Part shown: positions 1-10,605 of the stretch, in pieces
How positions within the stretch are numbered: the first letter of the stretch is position 1
How the letters are laid out: each line of letters starts with the position of its first letter
Assembly (NCBI GenBank): GCA_963663765.2
Contig: CAXXUA010000015.1
Coordinates: 384,001-448,000 of the forward strand
Origin: Candidatus Poribacteria bacterium
GTDB taxonomy: Bacteria; Poribacteria; WGA-4E; WGA-3G
DNA: 64,000 bases
Direction of reading: 5' to 3'
Made by a program: the position numbers and the translations under genes
The notes under the pieces: model-generated
Seen by the model: the letters and a program-made list of their open reading frames with translations, nothing else
Databases searched by the model: none
Told to the model about the DNA's origin: nothing

Positions 1-234
1 GGCATAACCAACATCCTCAAAATGCAATAGGTGTTCTGTATAGAGATATGCAAATGGATAGAAACTGATAACCAAGGAAATAACACCTATTCCCCACAGC
101 AAGTATGCTTGAAATTTAAGGACTAATTTTCTATACCAGATTCCACGACGATACCTTAAGATACCCCATACGAACGTAATACAGATTAGGATTAGATTAA
201 TTATTAACCAAGCAATCGCTATATCCGGTGTCAT
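1..234 (-). CDS. 5' part of a UPF0182-family membrane protein (runs off the window start; not in ORF track)
   Basis: Manual translation MTPDIAIAWLIINLIL...FAYLYTEHLLHFEDVGYA. Two hydrophobic segments, then a YTxxLxFxxVGY motif typical of the UPF0182 N-terminus. GGAG upstream of ATG. Confidence 0.6.
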   Translation of the reverse strand, partial: MTPDIAIAWLIINLILICITFVWGILRYRRGIWYRKLVLKFQAYLLWGIGVISLVISFYPFAYLYTEHLLHFEDVGYA

Positions 235-991
235 AATTGATGTCTCCACAGTTTAGAATTAAGGACATGCTTTTACAATAACAAACATATTGTAATGGTA
301 TGCTTTCCATATAAATAGAATACTATATTATTCTTGTCGTTGTCAAGGCAATCAGCAGAGGTAATCAATTGTCAAAGTGTACTCTTGTAGTTAGTGTTTT
401 CAACCCCGATTTGCCATTTTTTGTAGTTGAGGTATGCTTCCTGTTGCTAGATCAGTCCTAATCGCGGAATATTTTAGTTGTTTTTTTCGCATTTTTTGTA
501 TTTTTTTATTAAGTGTTCTCGATCGTGTAGTGGTATGGGTTTATGTCGGTTTATTGAATTTGCGAAATTTTGAAAAAAACAACTAAATGGATATTTTAAC
601 TTTTTTTGTTGTGTATTTTTAGCATAAAGTTGGAATTTAAGTAAAGTGAGTTGGGGTATCCGAAATTACTTGAATTTAGGTAAAGATAGGAAGATGATTC
701 CTGTTTTTACCATCAAAGTTGATCATAATGGGTAATCAACTGTAACACAAAAAGACAGTTTGCTTCACAAAGACATTACCCGATCTCATTCTACTATACA
801 TTATGTTAGGGTGAGGATAGTTTTGTTTTTTGAGTTGTTTATTGGGATTTCTAATAGATTTAATGTGTATTTGGATTTATTGAAAACATCTCTGTTGAAT
901 AACTTTACACACCTTACATCACAGATTCAATTGATTTTCATTAGAAAATGTGATACCTTGAATAAGTGAATACAACAATATAGGAAGACTT

Positions 992-1930
992 ATGAACAAC
1001 TCTGAAACCTTTCAAATACTTGCATTAGATGGTGGCGGTACTAGAGGTATTTACACAGCACAACTGCTTTCTAAAATTGAGCAAGAATTTGATGTGCGAA
1101 TCAAGGACTGCTTCAACCTCATTTCAGGAACAAGCACTGGTTCAATCATTGCAGGTGCAGCAGTTTCAGATATAAATATGGATGAAATCGTCGATCTATT
1201 TGACTCTGAAACACAAGAGATATTTCAAAAAAAATGGTATCGTAATCCGCTATTATTTAGCAAATATTCAAACGCAAAACTGCTGCAAATAATCGCGAAA
1301 CATATCCCTAAAACACCTCTGTCAGAAATATCTACACCTTTGTTAATAACAAGCTCAGAAATTACTAAAAGTGAGTTGCATGTCTTTAGATCAAGCTATG
1401 CTAAAAAGTTAAATGAATCCAATTATTCAGATGGAAATGTGTGTTTACTTGATGCAATCGTTGCATCATGCGCTGCACCAACATTCTTTGCACCTAAAAT
1501 GATGAATGATAAGTTATTAGCTGATGGAGGGTTATGGGCAAATAATCCTTCAATTGCAGCTTATGTAGAAGCCCTTACAGTTTTTGGGAAAAATGCATCA
1601 CAGGTCAGAATACTATCAATTGGTACGGGACATTCCACATCAATGTATGGAAATAAACGCGGTTGGGGGTTTCTATCTGGTTGGGGTGGTGTGAAATTAG
1701 TTTCGTATGTGATGACTTTACAATCTCATTCATCTGCTAATATGATGACACGTCTATTGCAAAACAATTATTTGCGGGTAGATCCAAAAATAGATTTTTG
1801 GGATATAGATACTGTTAAGCAGTTAGATAAGTTGAAAGCACTCGCTGAAAGAGATTTCACCGAACATGTTACAAAATTCGAAGCATTTATTTCTCAGTCA
1901 AGAAATTCTTTAACAGCTGCAGCAAACTGA
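992..1930 (+). CDS. Patatin-like phospholipase (CapV-like subfamily)
   Basis: ILALDGGGTRG, GTSTG nucleophile, DGG catalytic Asp, ILSIGTG. Confidence 0.9.
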   Translation: MNNSETFQILALDGGGTRGIYTAQLLSKIEQEFDVRIKDCFNLISGTSTGSIIAGAAVSDINMDEIVDLFDSETQEIFQKKWYRNPLLFSKYSNAKLLQIIAKHIPKTPLSEISTPLLITSSEITKSELHVFRSSYAKKLNESNYSDGNVCLLDAIVASCAAPTFFAPKMMNDKLLADGGLWANNPSIAAYVEALTVFGKNASQVRILSIGTGHSTSMYGNKRGWGFLSGWGGVKLVSYVMTLQSHSSANMMTRLLQNNYLRVDPKIDFWDIDTVKQLDKLKALAERDFTEHVTKFEAFISQSRNSLTAAAN

Positions 1931-2988
1931 TCTGGACAATCGTCAAATATAAAATGTCCAGAAATAGAAGTTGCATCGGAGCAACCAATAGATACAAACT
2001 TCGCATTTGGAATAAATTCCTTGTACTCCTTGCTACCATTCAGCGTAATATCATCGTCATCTCCGTGCAAAATTAGGGTTGGTGCTGTGATATTTACAAC
2101 AGCATCACGGTAATCTGGTGATTTACCAGTGCTAAAGTAAACCGCAAATGAACTCCACCCACCCGGAGTAGGCGTCGCATCCATAAGAGAAATATCATAT
2201 CCCATCCCTTTCAGGAGATAGTGCCCTACTTGCGTTTGTAAATCTACAAGATCACTATCCGATTTAGAAAAAATGTCTCTGAAATTTAAGTATTCTTTAA
2301 TAAGCGTATCATACTCAGCTTGTTCTTTTATAGGGATTCTGTCCCGGACAGCATTAAATATGTTGGTTTCCTTCTGCAGTGGTGTTAGCACACCTGCGGG
2401 TGCAATAAGAATCATCTTCTCTACCTGCTCAGGAAATTCTGCTGCGTAAAGTGCGGCGATAAAGCCGCCGAAGGAATGTCCGATTAACAATAATTTCTCT
2501 TCATTGAGGATACGGCGGATGCGTTCTATATCTGCAATCTGTGCTCCAATGCCAAGTGTTTGTTCAAGTTCTGTCATATTCTTCGGATAATTTTTTGATT
2601 CGAACCGGTTAATCGGTCTTGTTGAGTCCCCTGCACCTCGTTGATGGTAGTAATAGAATGAATATTGTTCCTCCAACGATTCTAACCCTTTCCATGCCTT
2701 TGCATAAGGAATCCCTGGGCCACCGTGAACAATGACGACAGGTCTGCCTTCACCATACGTGTTGAAGTGAAGCGATATATCGGATTCCACGCGCCACACT
2801 GACGAATCAGTTTGCTTGGGTGGCTCCAACGGAGCTCGTAAGTTCTCACCTGCACTGACAGAACTATATTTATAGAGAGGTTGTCCCATTTGCCAAAACA
2901 TATATACTACAGCGATGGCTATTACTACCACAATTGTCACGCCACCAATAAGCGCAAATTTTACAAATTTTTTCATATTTATACTCAT
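1894..2988 (-). CDS. Membrane-anchored alpha/beta hydrolase (proline iminopeptidase-like)
   Basis: N-terminal TM helix, HGGPG oxyanion motif, GHSFG nucleophile, C-terminal HGDDD and SGH. Confidence 0.85.
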   Translation of the reverse strand: MSINMKKFVKFALIGGVTIVVVIAIAVVYMFWQMGQPLYKYSSVSAGENLRAPLEPPKQTDSSVWRVESDISLHFNTYGEGRPVVIVHGGPGIPYAKAWKGLESLEEQYSFYYYHQRGAGDSTRPINRFESKNYPKNMTELEQTLGIGAQIADIERIRRILNEEKLLLIGHSFGGFIAALYAAEFPEQVEKMILIAPAGVLTPLQKETNIFNAVRDRIPIKEQAEYDTLIKEYLNFRDIFSKSDSDLVDLQTQVGHYLLKGMGYDISLMDATPTPGGWSSFAVYFSTGKSPDYRDAVVNITAPTLILHGDDDDITLNGSKEYKEFIPNAKFVSIGCSDATSISGHFIFDDCPDQFAAAVKEFLD

Positions 2989-3094
2989 TAATTTCCCTTG
3001 ATCTTACTGAACAGTAAATTCACAGCCAAAGTCCAAACATGTGTTGACATCTATGAGATTCCTCATGTGTTCACATTTTGAAATTACATTTACA

Positions 3095-3970
3095 TCAAAT
3101 CAATCCTGTTTCCGTAAGCGTTCTTCGGAGGGATTCAAGATTCGCAGGAACCATCGGGGCGAGTGGAAGTCGGACTTCTCCATTGAGTTTACCCATCAAC
3201 ATCAACGCTGTTTTGGCAGGGATTGGATTTGTTTCAATAAAGAGATTAACTGCCAACGGTAAGGTCTTATAGTGGATTTTTCTTGCACGGTCAAAATTAC
3301 CAGCATGAAAAGCATTGCACATTTCCGCTACATCTGAGGGAGCAATGTTAGCAACAACGGAGATTACACCTTTACCACCTACAGCCAAGATTGGAAGTGT
3401 GTTAACATCGTCTCCAGATAGTACAACAAAGTCATCAGGACACATGTTTACGACTTCACTTGCACGTTTGAGTTCACCCGTTGCTTCTTTTAATGCGACA
3501 ATATTTGGATGTTCTGCGAGTCGTGCGATCGTTGGTGATAAAATGTCAGTACCGCACCGTCCAGGAACGTTGTATACCACAATTGGGATGTCAACTGAAT
3601 CTGCTATTTTCATGTAATGTGCATAGAGTCCATCCTGTGTAGGTTTATTGTAATAAGGGGTGACAATGAGTGCTGCATTTGCGCCTGCTGCTTTTGCGTG
3701 TTTTGTAGCGCGCAGGGTTCGCGTCGTAGAATTTGAACCAGTACCGGCGATGACAGGTAGTTTTCCATTTACTGTTTCAACGGTAATTTCAATAACTCTG
3801 TCGTGTTCAGTATCGGAAAGTGCGGGGGATTCTCCGGTTGTGCCACACGGGACGATGCCGTGTGTTCCACCTTCAATCTGAAACTGTATCAGTTCTCTTA
3901 GTTTTGCTTCATCTAACGATTCATCGTCTTTGAATGGTGTAACGAGTGCGACATAAGACCCCTCAAACAT
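3095..3970 (-). CDS. dapA: 4-hydroxy-tetrahydrodipicolinate synthase
   Basis: ALVTPF, GTTGES, PYYNKP, YNVPGR, LKEA, ETNPIPAK. Confidence 0.97.
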   Translation of the reverse strand: MFEGSYVALVTPFKDDESLDEAKLRELIQFQIEGGTHGIVPCGTTGESPALSDTEHDRVIEITVETVNGKLPVIAGTGSNSTTRTLRATKHAKAAGANAALIVTPYYNKPTQDGLYAHYMKIADSVDIPIVVYNVPGRCGTDILSPTIARLAEHPNIVALKEATGELKRASEVVNMCPDDFVVLSGDDVNTLPILAVGGKGVISVVANIAPSDVAEMCNAFHAGNFDRARKIHYKTLPLAVNLFIETNPIPAKTALMLMGKLNGEVRLPLAPMVPANLESLRRTLTETGLI

Positions 3971-4016
3971 GTATTCCTCCTTGATGTTTATTTTATGAAT
4001 ATGTATATTTTCCTGC

Positions 4017-4850
4017 TTAATAATTCCATGCGGTTGATGTAAGTTCTCCAGCGAAAATTACGCGTGCATCACCTTCAAGGTACACATTTTTTGCTTCATT
4101 TTCTTTTAAATCAAAATGAATTTTTAACACAACTCCACTTGCAGTTTTCACAGAAACGGGTGAATCCACCTTACCCAAAGTAGCAGAGACAATTGCTGAT
4201 GCAATAGAACCCGTACCGCAAGCCAGTGTTTCATTTTCTACACCGCGTTCATAAGTGCGTATTTCAATTAGTTCTTCTGAGTGAATCGTAATAAAATTTG
4301 CGTTTGTACCTGCGGGTTTGAAGTCGTTGTGATATCGTGTTTGTTGTCCGAGATCAAAAACATCAGTCGCATCTAAATCTTCTACATAGAATACAACGTG
4401 GGGTACACCACTATTTACATAACCGACACTGTGAACACCATCATCAAGTTGGAGTTGAACATTTATACGTATATCAGTTGGATCACTCATAAGTACTTTA
4501 ACGTTGTCTCCAACAATTTCCGCTTCATATATCCCTGCATTTGTCAAAAACTGCATCTTTTCTGGGACGATTCCATTCAAATATGCAAATTTAGAGATAC
4601 AACGCGCCCCGTTACCACAAGTTTCAACTTCTCCACCATCAGCATTATAATAACGCATACGAAAATCAGCATCCTCTGTCGGTTCTAATAGTAGGATTCC
4701 ATCTGCGCCAACTGACATTCGCCGTTGGCATATCTTCGTAACAAAAGTCATGAATTCTGAATCGGTACTATCAATGGTGTGATTTAAATTATTGATAATT
4801 ACGAAGTCATTTCCTGCACCGCTAAGTTTCATAAAAGGTATCTTATCCAT
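4017..4850 (-). CDS. dapF: Diaminopimelate epimerase
   Basis: GAGNDF, CGNGARC, GVPH, RTYERGVENETLACGTG. Confidence 0.97.
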   Translation of the reverse strand: MDKIPFMKLSGAGNDFVIINNLNHTIDSTDSEFMTFVTKICQRRMSVGADGILLLEPTEDADFRMRYYNADGGEVETCGNGARCISKFAYLNGIVPEKMQFLTNAGIYEAEIVGDNVKVLMSDPTDIRINVQLQLDDGVHSVGYVNSGVPHVVFYVEDLDATDVFDLGQQTRYHNDFKPAGTNANFITIHSEELIEIRTYERGVENETLACGTGSIASAIVSATLGKVDSPVSVKTASGVVLKIHFDLKENEAKNVYLEGDARVIFAGELTSTAWNY

Positions 4851-4895
4851 GTCAAATCCTTACATTTTGTCTTGTAAATTTGGAATAGTTTTTTA

Positions 4896-5939
4896 TCATA
4901 ACATCAAGGCATTTTCATATTGTAACTGTTTTATCATATACTGATTAGATGTATCTTGAAAACGATATGCATGTGCGCGGAGTTCTTCAACAATATCTAA
5001 TACTCCATCATAACAATCACAGGTGACCAAACGTGTTCTAAAGGATTTTACGTGAGGTATACCTTTAAAATAGTTGGTATAGTGACGTCTCATCTCAAGG
5101 AGGCCGAGTGTCAAACCTTTCCATTTAATAGAAAAATCCAGGTGTTTTCTAAAAACAGAAATACGTTGATCAATTGATGGGGGTTGAAGCATTTTACCTG
5201 TTGTGAAGTAGTGTTTTATCTCATTGAATATCCAAGGGTATCCAATAGCAGCCCTCCCAATCATGATACCATCAACACCATATTTCTGTCGCATTTTATG
5301 TGCTTTTTTGGGACTGTCTACGTCGCCGTTGCCAAAAACTGGAATCATCATTTTAGGATTATCTTTAATTTTACCAATAAGTGTCCAATCTGCTTCACCT
5401 TTATACATCTGTTTTCGTGTTCTGCCATGTATTGCAATCGCCTGAATACCGACATCCTGAAGTCTCTCAGCAACTTCAACGATATACTTCGTATTGTCAT
5501 CCCATCCTAAACGTGTTTTTACGGTCACAGGTAAAGTCGTAGCTTTGACTATTTCTGCAGTCATTTTAACCATCTTTGGAATATCTTGTAAGATACCTGC
5601 CCCAGCACCTTTACAAGTGACTTTTTTTACGGGACATCCGTAGTTTATATCAATGATGTCAGGTTGGACACGTTCAGTGATTTCTACCGATTCACGCATC
5701 ACTTGTATATTGTGTCCAAAAATCTGAATACCTATGGGTCTTTCGTACTCAAAGATATCTAACTTTGCTACACTTTGTGCAGCGTCTCTTATGAGTGCTT
5801 CAGAAGAGATAAATTCGGTATACATGAGATCCGCGCCATTCTCTTTGCACACGGCGCGAAAAGGTGGATCACTGACATCTTCCATCGGTGCCAGCAGCAG
5901 AGGGAAATCTGGTATTTCTAAGTTTCCTATTTTCAACAT
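4896..5939 (-). CDS. dusB: tRNA-dihydrouridine synthase B
   Basis: LAPMED, DINYGCP, VTVKTRLGW, HGRT, GNGD, MIGR. Confidence 0.93.
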   Translation of the reverse strand: MLKIGNLEIPDFPLLLAPMEDVSDPPFRAVCKENGADLMYTEFISSEALIRDAAQSVAKLDIFEYERPIGIQIFGHNIQVMRESVEITERVQPDIIDINYGCPVKKVTCKGAGAGILQDIPKMVKMTAEIVKATTLPVTVKTRLGWDDNTKYIVEVAERLQDVGIQAIAIHGRTRKQMYKGEADWTLIGKIKDNPKMMIPVFGNGDVDSPKKAHKMRQKYGVDGIMIGRAAIGYPWIFNEIKHYFTTGKMLQPPSIDQRISVFRKHLDFSIKWKGLTLGLLEMRRHYTNYFKGIPHVKSFRTRLVTCDCYDGVLDIVEELRAHAYRFQDTSNQYMIKQLQYENALML

Positions 5940-5959
5940 AGCTTAGTCTTGCATTATGT

Positions 5960-7666
5960 TTAGTCTGTTTCGAGTGAAACTCTACGTAAATACTTCCAAC
6001 CTGAAGGAGCAAGTTTAATATTCTTGACATTCTTATCAATTACCAATAGCCGTTGTGCATGTGCCAATGGTACCCAGGGAACATCTCTATGAAAAATTGC
6101 TTGTGCTTGCTGATATAGCTGAACACGTTCATCTTGGTCAGTGCTAATCCTTGCCCGGTCAAGAACATCTTGCATCTCATCACTTCGGTAAAATGCGATA
6201 TTCAGTGCGGGTATCTGAGCAGTAACTTTACTCAATAGATAATATAGGAAGTTATCTGGGTCAGCACTTGCACTCCAACCGAGCATCGCCATATCATGTT
6301 CACCGTTTTCTGTTTTTTCAAGATATGTTTCCCAATCATAAGTTACAATTGTTGTTTCAATACCGACAGTCCTTAGATTAGACTGAATTTCGTTTGCCAT
6401 TGCCATTCCATTAGGAATATAAGGACGTGGAATAGGGAGTGCCCATAAGGTTGTCTCAAATCCATCTGGATATCCTGCTTCTGTAAGAAGTTGTTTAGCA
6501 AGTTCAGGATCATACGCATATTCCTCAATTGAATCATCATAACTCCATAATATCGGTGGAATTGGATTCTTTGCTGGGATTCCTGTACCTTGGTAAAGAC
6601 GTTCAATTATATCTGCTTTATTGATTGCATGGTTAATAGCAAGACGGACTTTCAAATTGTCAAACGGGGGTTTATCCATATTCATAGCAAGATATCCAAT
6701 ATTCAGACTTGGTTGCATTAGAAGCTCAAGTCTTTCATCACTGCGAATTATTAGTAGATCATCGGGATTAGGAAATTCCATTACATGTATGTTACCTTGC
6801 TGAAGTTCCATGAACCTTATATTGTTATCAAGGATTGACCGGAATATAAGATTGTCAATTAATGGTTTTCCTGCCCAATGTGCATCATTTGCTATAAGTT
6901 CAATTTTGTCGTTTCTAAGCCACTCAACAAACTTAAACGGACCTGTTCCTACTGGATTATTTGCAAAATCATCGCCAAAATTTTCAACAGCTTCAGGACT
7001 CACAATGGAATTATCAGTAGATGCAATAAATGTCAGAAAAGGAGCATAGGGTTTATTAAGATTGACTTGTAATGTATTCTCGTCTAATGCAACAATTTGG
7101 TTGATAAACTCATCAAAGAAATTTCTTGACTGAGCATTAGGACGATTCAGAGAAAAAGCAGCTGCATAGGCATTACAAGGTGTACCATCATGGAATTGAA
7201 CACCTTGGCGCATGTAGAAGGTCCACGTCAACCCATTTGCTGAATTATCCCACATTTCTGCTAATGCAGGTTCTATTTCTGTTGTATCTTCTCTATATTG
7301 AACAAGCGTATCAAATATCATATCACATACTTTAGCTGACTCTCCATCAAGGACAAGAGCTGGATCAAGTGTTATAGAATCTCCACCTCGTCCAAAAATC
7401 AGAGTGTTTTTATCTGTATCTACATCACCAATCATACTAGCAGCGAGAACTAAGTCTAATATGTTGACGGTGCCATCACCGTTAATATCTGGGTTCGGTG
7501 TTTGTGTTACCTCAATACTCTCGCCAAAATGTGATGCGATGTAGGTGAGATCAGGTATGTTTACAACTCCATCTTCATTAACATCCCCTTTAATCTGTGC
7601 GTAAATGACTGTAATTAGGACGATTGACAATACAAATGCTGCTGTTGTGAATAATCTTTTCTTCAT
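5960..7666 (-). CDS. Family 5 (DppA-like) ABC substrate-binding protein with N-terminal dockerin-like domain
   Basis: Signal peptide; GDVNEDGVVNIPDL...PDINGDGTVNILDL; then PVGTGPFKF and the DppA fold. ATG at 7666 has an AAGG RBS. Confidence 0.88.
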   Translation of the reverse strand: MKKRLFTTAAFVLSIVLITVIYAQIKGDVNEDGVVNIPDLTYIASHFGESIEVTQTPNPDINGDGTVNILDLVLAASMIGDVDTDKNTLIFGRGGDSITLDPALVLDGESAKVCDMIFDTLVQYREDTTEIEPALAEMWDNSANGLTWTFYMRQGVQFHDGTPCNAYAAAFSLNRPNAQSRNFFDEFINQIVALDENTLQVNLNKPYAPFLTFIASTDNSIVSPEAVENFGDDFANNPVGTGPFKFVEWLRNDKIELIANDAHWAGKPLIDNLIFRSILDNNIRFMELQQGNIHVMEFPNPDDLLIIRSDERLELLMQPSLNIGYLAMNMDKPPFDNLKVRLAINHAINKADIIERLYQGTGIPAKNPIPPILWSYDDSIEEYAYDPELAKQLLTEAGYPDGFETTLWALPIPRPYIPNGMAMANEIQSNLRTVGIETTIVTYDWETYLEKTENGEHDMAMLGWSASADPDNFLYYLLSKVTAQIPALNIAFYRSDEMQDVLDRARISTDQDERVQLYQQAQAIFHRDVPWVPLAHAQRLLVIDKNVKNIKLAPSGWKYLRRVSLETD

Positions 7667-7667
7667 A

Positions 7668-9335
7668 TTACCTTTCAAGTGTTACATTTCGTAAGTATTT
7701 CCAATTTAATGGATGAAGATTAAGGTTTTCCACCTTCTTATTAATTACCAAGACTTGTTTTGCGTGTGCTAATGGCACCCAAGGAACGTCTTTGTGAAAT
7801 ATGCGTTGTGCTTCCATATAGAGTGAAATGCGTTTTTCTTTATCTGTAGTTTCTCTTGCCTTTTCTAATAAATCCTGCATAGCCTCACTTCGATAAAAAG
7901 CGATGTTGGCAGCAGGTTTCTCTGCTGAAGTTTTACTTAAAAGTACATATAAGAAGTTATCTGGGTCTCCAAGGTCAGCACTCCAACCTAACATTGCCAT
8001 GTCATGTTCACCATATTTTGTTTTCTCAAGATATGTGCCCCAATCATAAGTTTGTATTTTTGCATCAATTCCAATTTTTCGGAGATCAGATTGAATAACT
8101 TCTGCCATAGCGCGTCCATCCGGAATGTATGGACGTGGAACAGGTAGTGACCATAGTGTGGTACTAAATCCATCGGGATAACCCGCTTCAGTTAGCAGTT
8201 TTTTTGCAAGTTTAGGATCATAGGTGTAGTCCTGAATAGAATCATCATAACTCCAAAGAGTCGGTGGTATTGGATTCTTTGCTGGTGTTCCCAACCCTTG
8301 GTAGAGATGTTCAATAATAGTCTTTTTATCAATAGCATGGTTTATTGCTAATCTAACCTTTTGATTATTCAAAGGCGGTTTATCTAAGTTCATTGCTAAA
8401 TAACCGATGTTCATCCCGGGTTGAGTAAGTAATGAAAGTTCGTCGTCATCACGTATCTGCTGTAAATCATCTGGATTTGGGAATTCCATCACGTGTATAC
8501 TACCACGTTGGATTTCAATCAATCTCACAGCATTGTCTGGAATAGAACGGAAGATAACTCTATCTAACTTTGGTCTACCACCCCAATAGTTCTTGTTTGC
8601 TTCTAGTACAATTTTATCACTTCTATCCCATCGGACGAACTTAAAGGGACCTGTTCCAACTGGGTTGTTTGAGAATGTATCATCTTGATTCTTGTATTTT
8701 TTTACTGCAGTTGGACTGACGATGGCGAAAGGCGTGATAGCGATTGTATAGATAAAAGGTGCGTAAGCAGTTTTTAGGGTAATCTGTATGGTAAACTCAT
8801 CAATTGCAGTGATATTATCTACGATATTTGCTAAGCCGGTAGCTACCCAATAAATATAGGATCCACCAACATCATGAAACTCATGTGTTTTCTCATGCTG
8901 TCTATTGAGTGAAAACAAGACTGCTTCTGCATTGAATGGTGTGCCATCATGAAATTTGACACCTTTTCGTAGGTAAAATGTCCAAGTTAATCCGTCCTTA
9001 GAACTTTCCCAACGTGTTGCCAGACCCGGTTCAATTTCAGTACTTCTATCTTTATACTGAACAAGTGTATCGTAAATATTATCACATACTTTGAAGGATT
9101 CACCATCTTCTTCAAATGCTGGATCTAATCCAACAGAGTCACCTCCCCGACCAAAAATCAATGTTCCTCCAACACCATGGGAATCCGCATAAGCATAGGT
9201 GGGTAATACTGTCATAGTGAATGTTATTATGGCTACAATAGAAAAAAACAAAAATGATTGTCTCAGATGAATATAAAAACAGTCCAATCTTACAAAATAC
9301 ATTTTGTACAAATCAGCAAATAGGTTTCTTAGCAT
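7668..9335 (-). CDS. Family 5 (DppA-like) ABC substrate-binding protein
   Basis: GGTLIFGRGGDSVGLDP, LRKGVKFHDGTPFNAEAV, PVGTGPFKF. Start moved to 9335 (GGAG RBS) because the promoter overlaps the 9371 start. Confidence 0.9.
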   Translation of the reverse strand: MLRNLFADLYKMYFVRLDCFYIHLRQSFLFFSIVAIITFTMTVLPTYAYADSHGVGGTLIFGRGGDSVGLDPAFEEDGESFKVCDNIYDTLVQYKDRSTEIEPGLATRWESSKDGLTWTFYLRKGVKFHDGTPFNAEAVLFSLNRQHEKTHEFHDVGGSYIYWVATGLANIVDNITAIDEFTIQITLKTAYAPFIYTIAITPFAIVSPTAVKKYKNQDDTFSNNPVGTGPFKFVRWDRSDKIVLEANKNYWGGRPKLDRVIFRSIPDNAVRLIEIQRGSIHVMEFPNPDDLQQIRDDDELSLLTQPGMNIGYLAMNLDKPPLNNQKVRLAINHAIDKKTIIEHLYQGLGTPAKNPIPPTLWSYDDSIQDYTYDPKLAKKLLTEAGYPDGFSTTLWSLPVPRPYIPDGRAMAEVIQSDLRKIGIDAKIQTYDWGTYLEKTKYGEHDMAMLGWSADLGDPDNFLYVLLSKTSAEKPAANIAFYRSEAMQDLLEKARETTDKEKRISLYMEAQRIFHKDVPWVPLAHAKQVLVINKKVENLNLHPLNWKYLRNVTLER

Positions 9336-9369
9336 AGTATGACTCCATTGACAAAAATATATATGTTTC

Positions 9370-9398
9370 ATTATATAGATATTTTATACAAAAGTCAA
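9370..9398 (-). promoter_or_regulatory. sigma70-type promoter of the tandem SBP genes
   Basis: TTGACT-17 bp-TATAAT on the minus strand. Confidence 0.7.
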
Positions 9399-9691
9399 GT
9401 CAATTTAGGGTGAGTAAAAGTTATTGCAGACAGAATTGTCAAATCAAGTAATCAATGGAATGAATGTCTTATGACATTCCCGTTTATGAATGCGTATATA
9501 GCATTCCCCGGTCTGCGTGGATTTCTCGGAGAAGACTGCAGCATTAGAGATTGCATTGCATAAGATAAGCGTGAGTTAAGCAATATGCACTAATGTAACC
9601 TAAGTTGCTTCCTACAAAACTTAAACTTGGAAACACCATCTAATATCAAAAAAATGCTGATAAATAACCTATATTTTGTAACACAAACTTT

Positions 9692-10605
9692 ATGAAGATT
9701 AATAAATATTGGTGCTTTGTAAGCGCGCCCCTGATTGTAGGCGTGCTTTGTAAGCGCGCCCCTTCCCCCAATGGTAGGCGTGCTTTGTAAGCGCGCCCCT
9801 TCCCCCGATGGTAGTCGTGCTTTGTAAGCGCGCCCCCGATGGTAGGCGTGCTTTGTAAGCGCGCCCCTGATGGTAGGTGTGCTTTGTAAGCGCGCCCCTG
9901 ATGGTAGGCGTGCTTTGTAAGTGCGCCCCCGATGGTAGGCGTGCTTTGTAAGCGCCTCCCGATGGTAGGCGTGCTTTGTAAGCGCGCCCCCGATTGTAGG
10001 CGTGCTTTGTAAGCGCGCCCCTGATTGTAGTCGTGCTTTGTAAGCGCGCCCCTGATTGTAGTCGTGCTTTGTAAGCGCGCCCCTGTGATTGTAGTCGTGC
10101 TTTGTAAGCGCGCCCCTGATTGTAGTCGTGCTTTGTAAGCGCGCCCCTGATTGTAGTCGTGCTTTGTAAGCGCGCCCCTGTGATGGTAGTCGTGCTTTGT
10201 AAGCGCGCCCCTGATTGTAGTCGTGCTTTGTAAGCGCGCCCCTGATTGTAGTCGTGCTTTGTAAGCGCCCCCCTGATTGTAGGCGTGCTTTGTAAGCGCG
10301 CCCCCGATTGTAGTCGTGCTTTGTAAGCGCGCCCCTGATTGTAGGCGTGCTTTGTAAGCGCGCCCCTGATTGTAGGCGTGCTTTGTAAGCGCACCCCCGA
10401 TTGTAGTCGTGCTTTGTAAGCGCGCCCCTGATTGTAGTCGTGCTTTGTAAGCGCGCCCCTGATTGTAGGCGTGCTTTGTAAGCGCGCCCCTGATTGTAGG
10501 CGTGCTTTGTAAGCGCGCTGGCACATCAAGTCCCAACAGCGCGCTTACAAAGCACACCTACCGGGTGAGAAATATTTATCACCGAATTAATAAATTAATC
10601 TTCAT
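9692..10605. mobile_element. Inner MITE-like layer carrying the REP array
   Basis: Perfect 12-bp TIR ATGAAGATTAAT/ATTAATCTTCAT; related ends recur at 34538-34962 and 54188-54676. Confidence 0.65.
9711..10561 (+). repeat. Tandem array of 26 GTAG-type REP hairpins (mostly 31-bp period) closed by one inverted copy
   Basis: Unit GTAG(G/T)CGTGCTTTGTAAGCGCGCCCC(T/C)GAT(T/G), stem GGCGTGCTT-TGT-AAGCGCGCC. The last unit (10496-10520) pairs with 10537-10561 around loop GCACATCAAGTCCCAA. Confidence 0.93.

Noticed and set aside
760-969. 69-aa ORF upstream of the patatin
   Set aside because: TTG start, no RBS, AT-rich promoter region.
9711-10520. CRISPR array
   Set aside because: Sequences between repeats are only ~10-17 bp and nearly identical, there are no unique spacers and no cas genes, and the unit is a GTAG REP hairpin.
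9646-10557. 303-aa and 276-aa repetitive ORFs
   Set aside because: Translation artefacts of the 31-bp repeat cycling through frames; no RBS.
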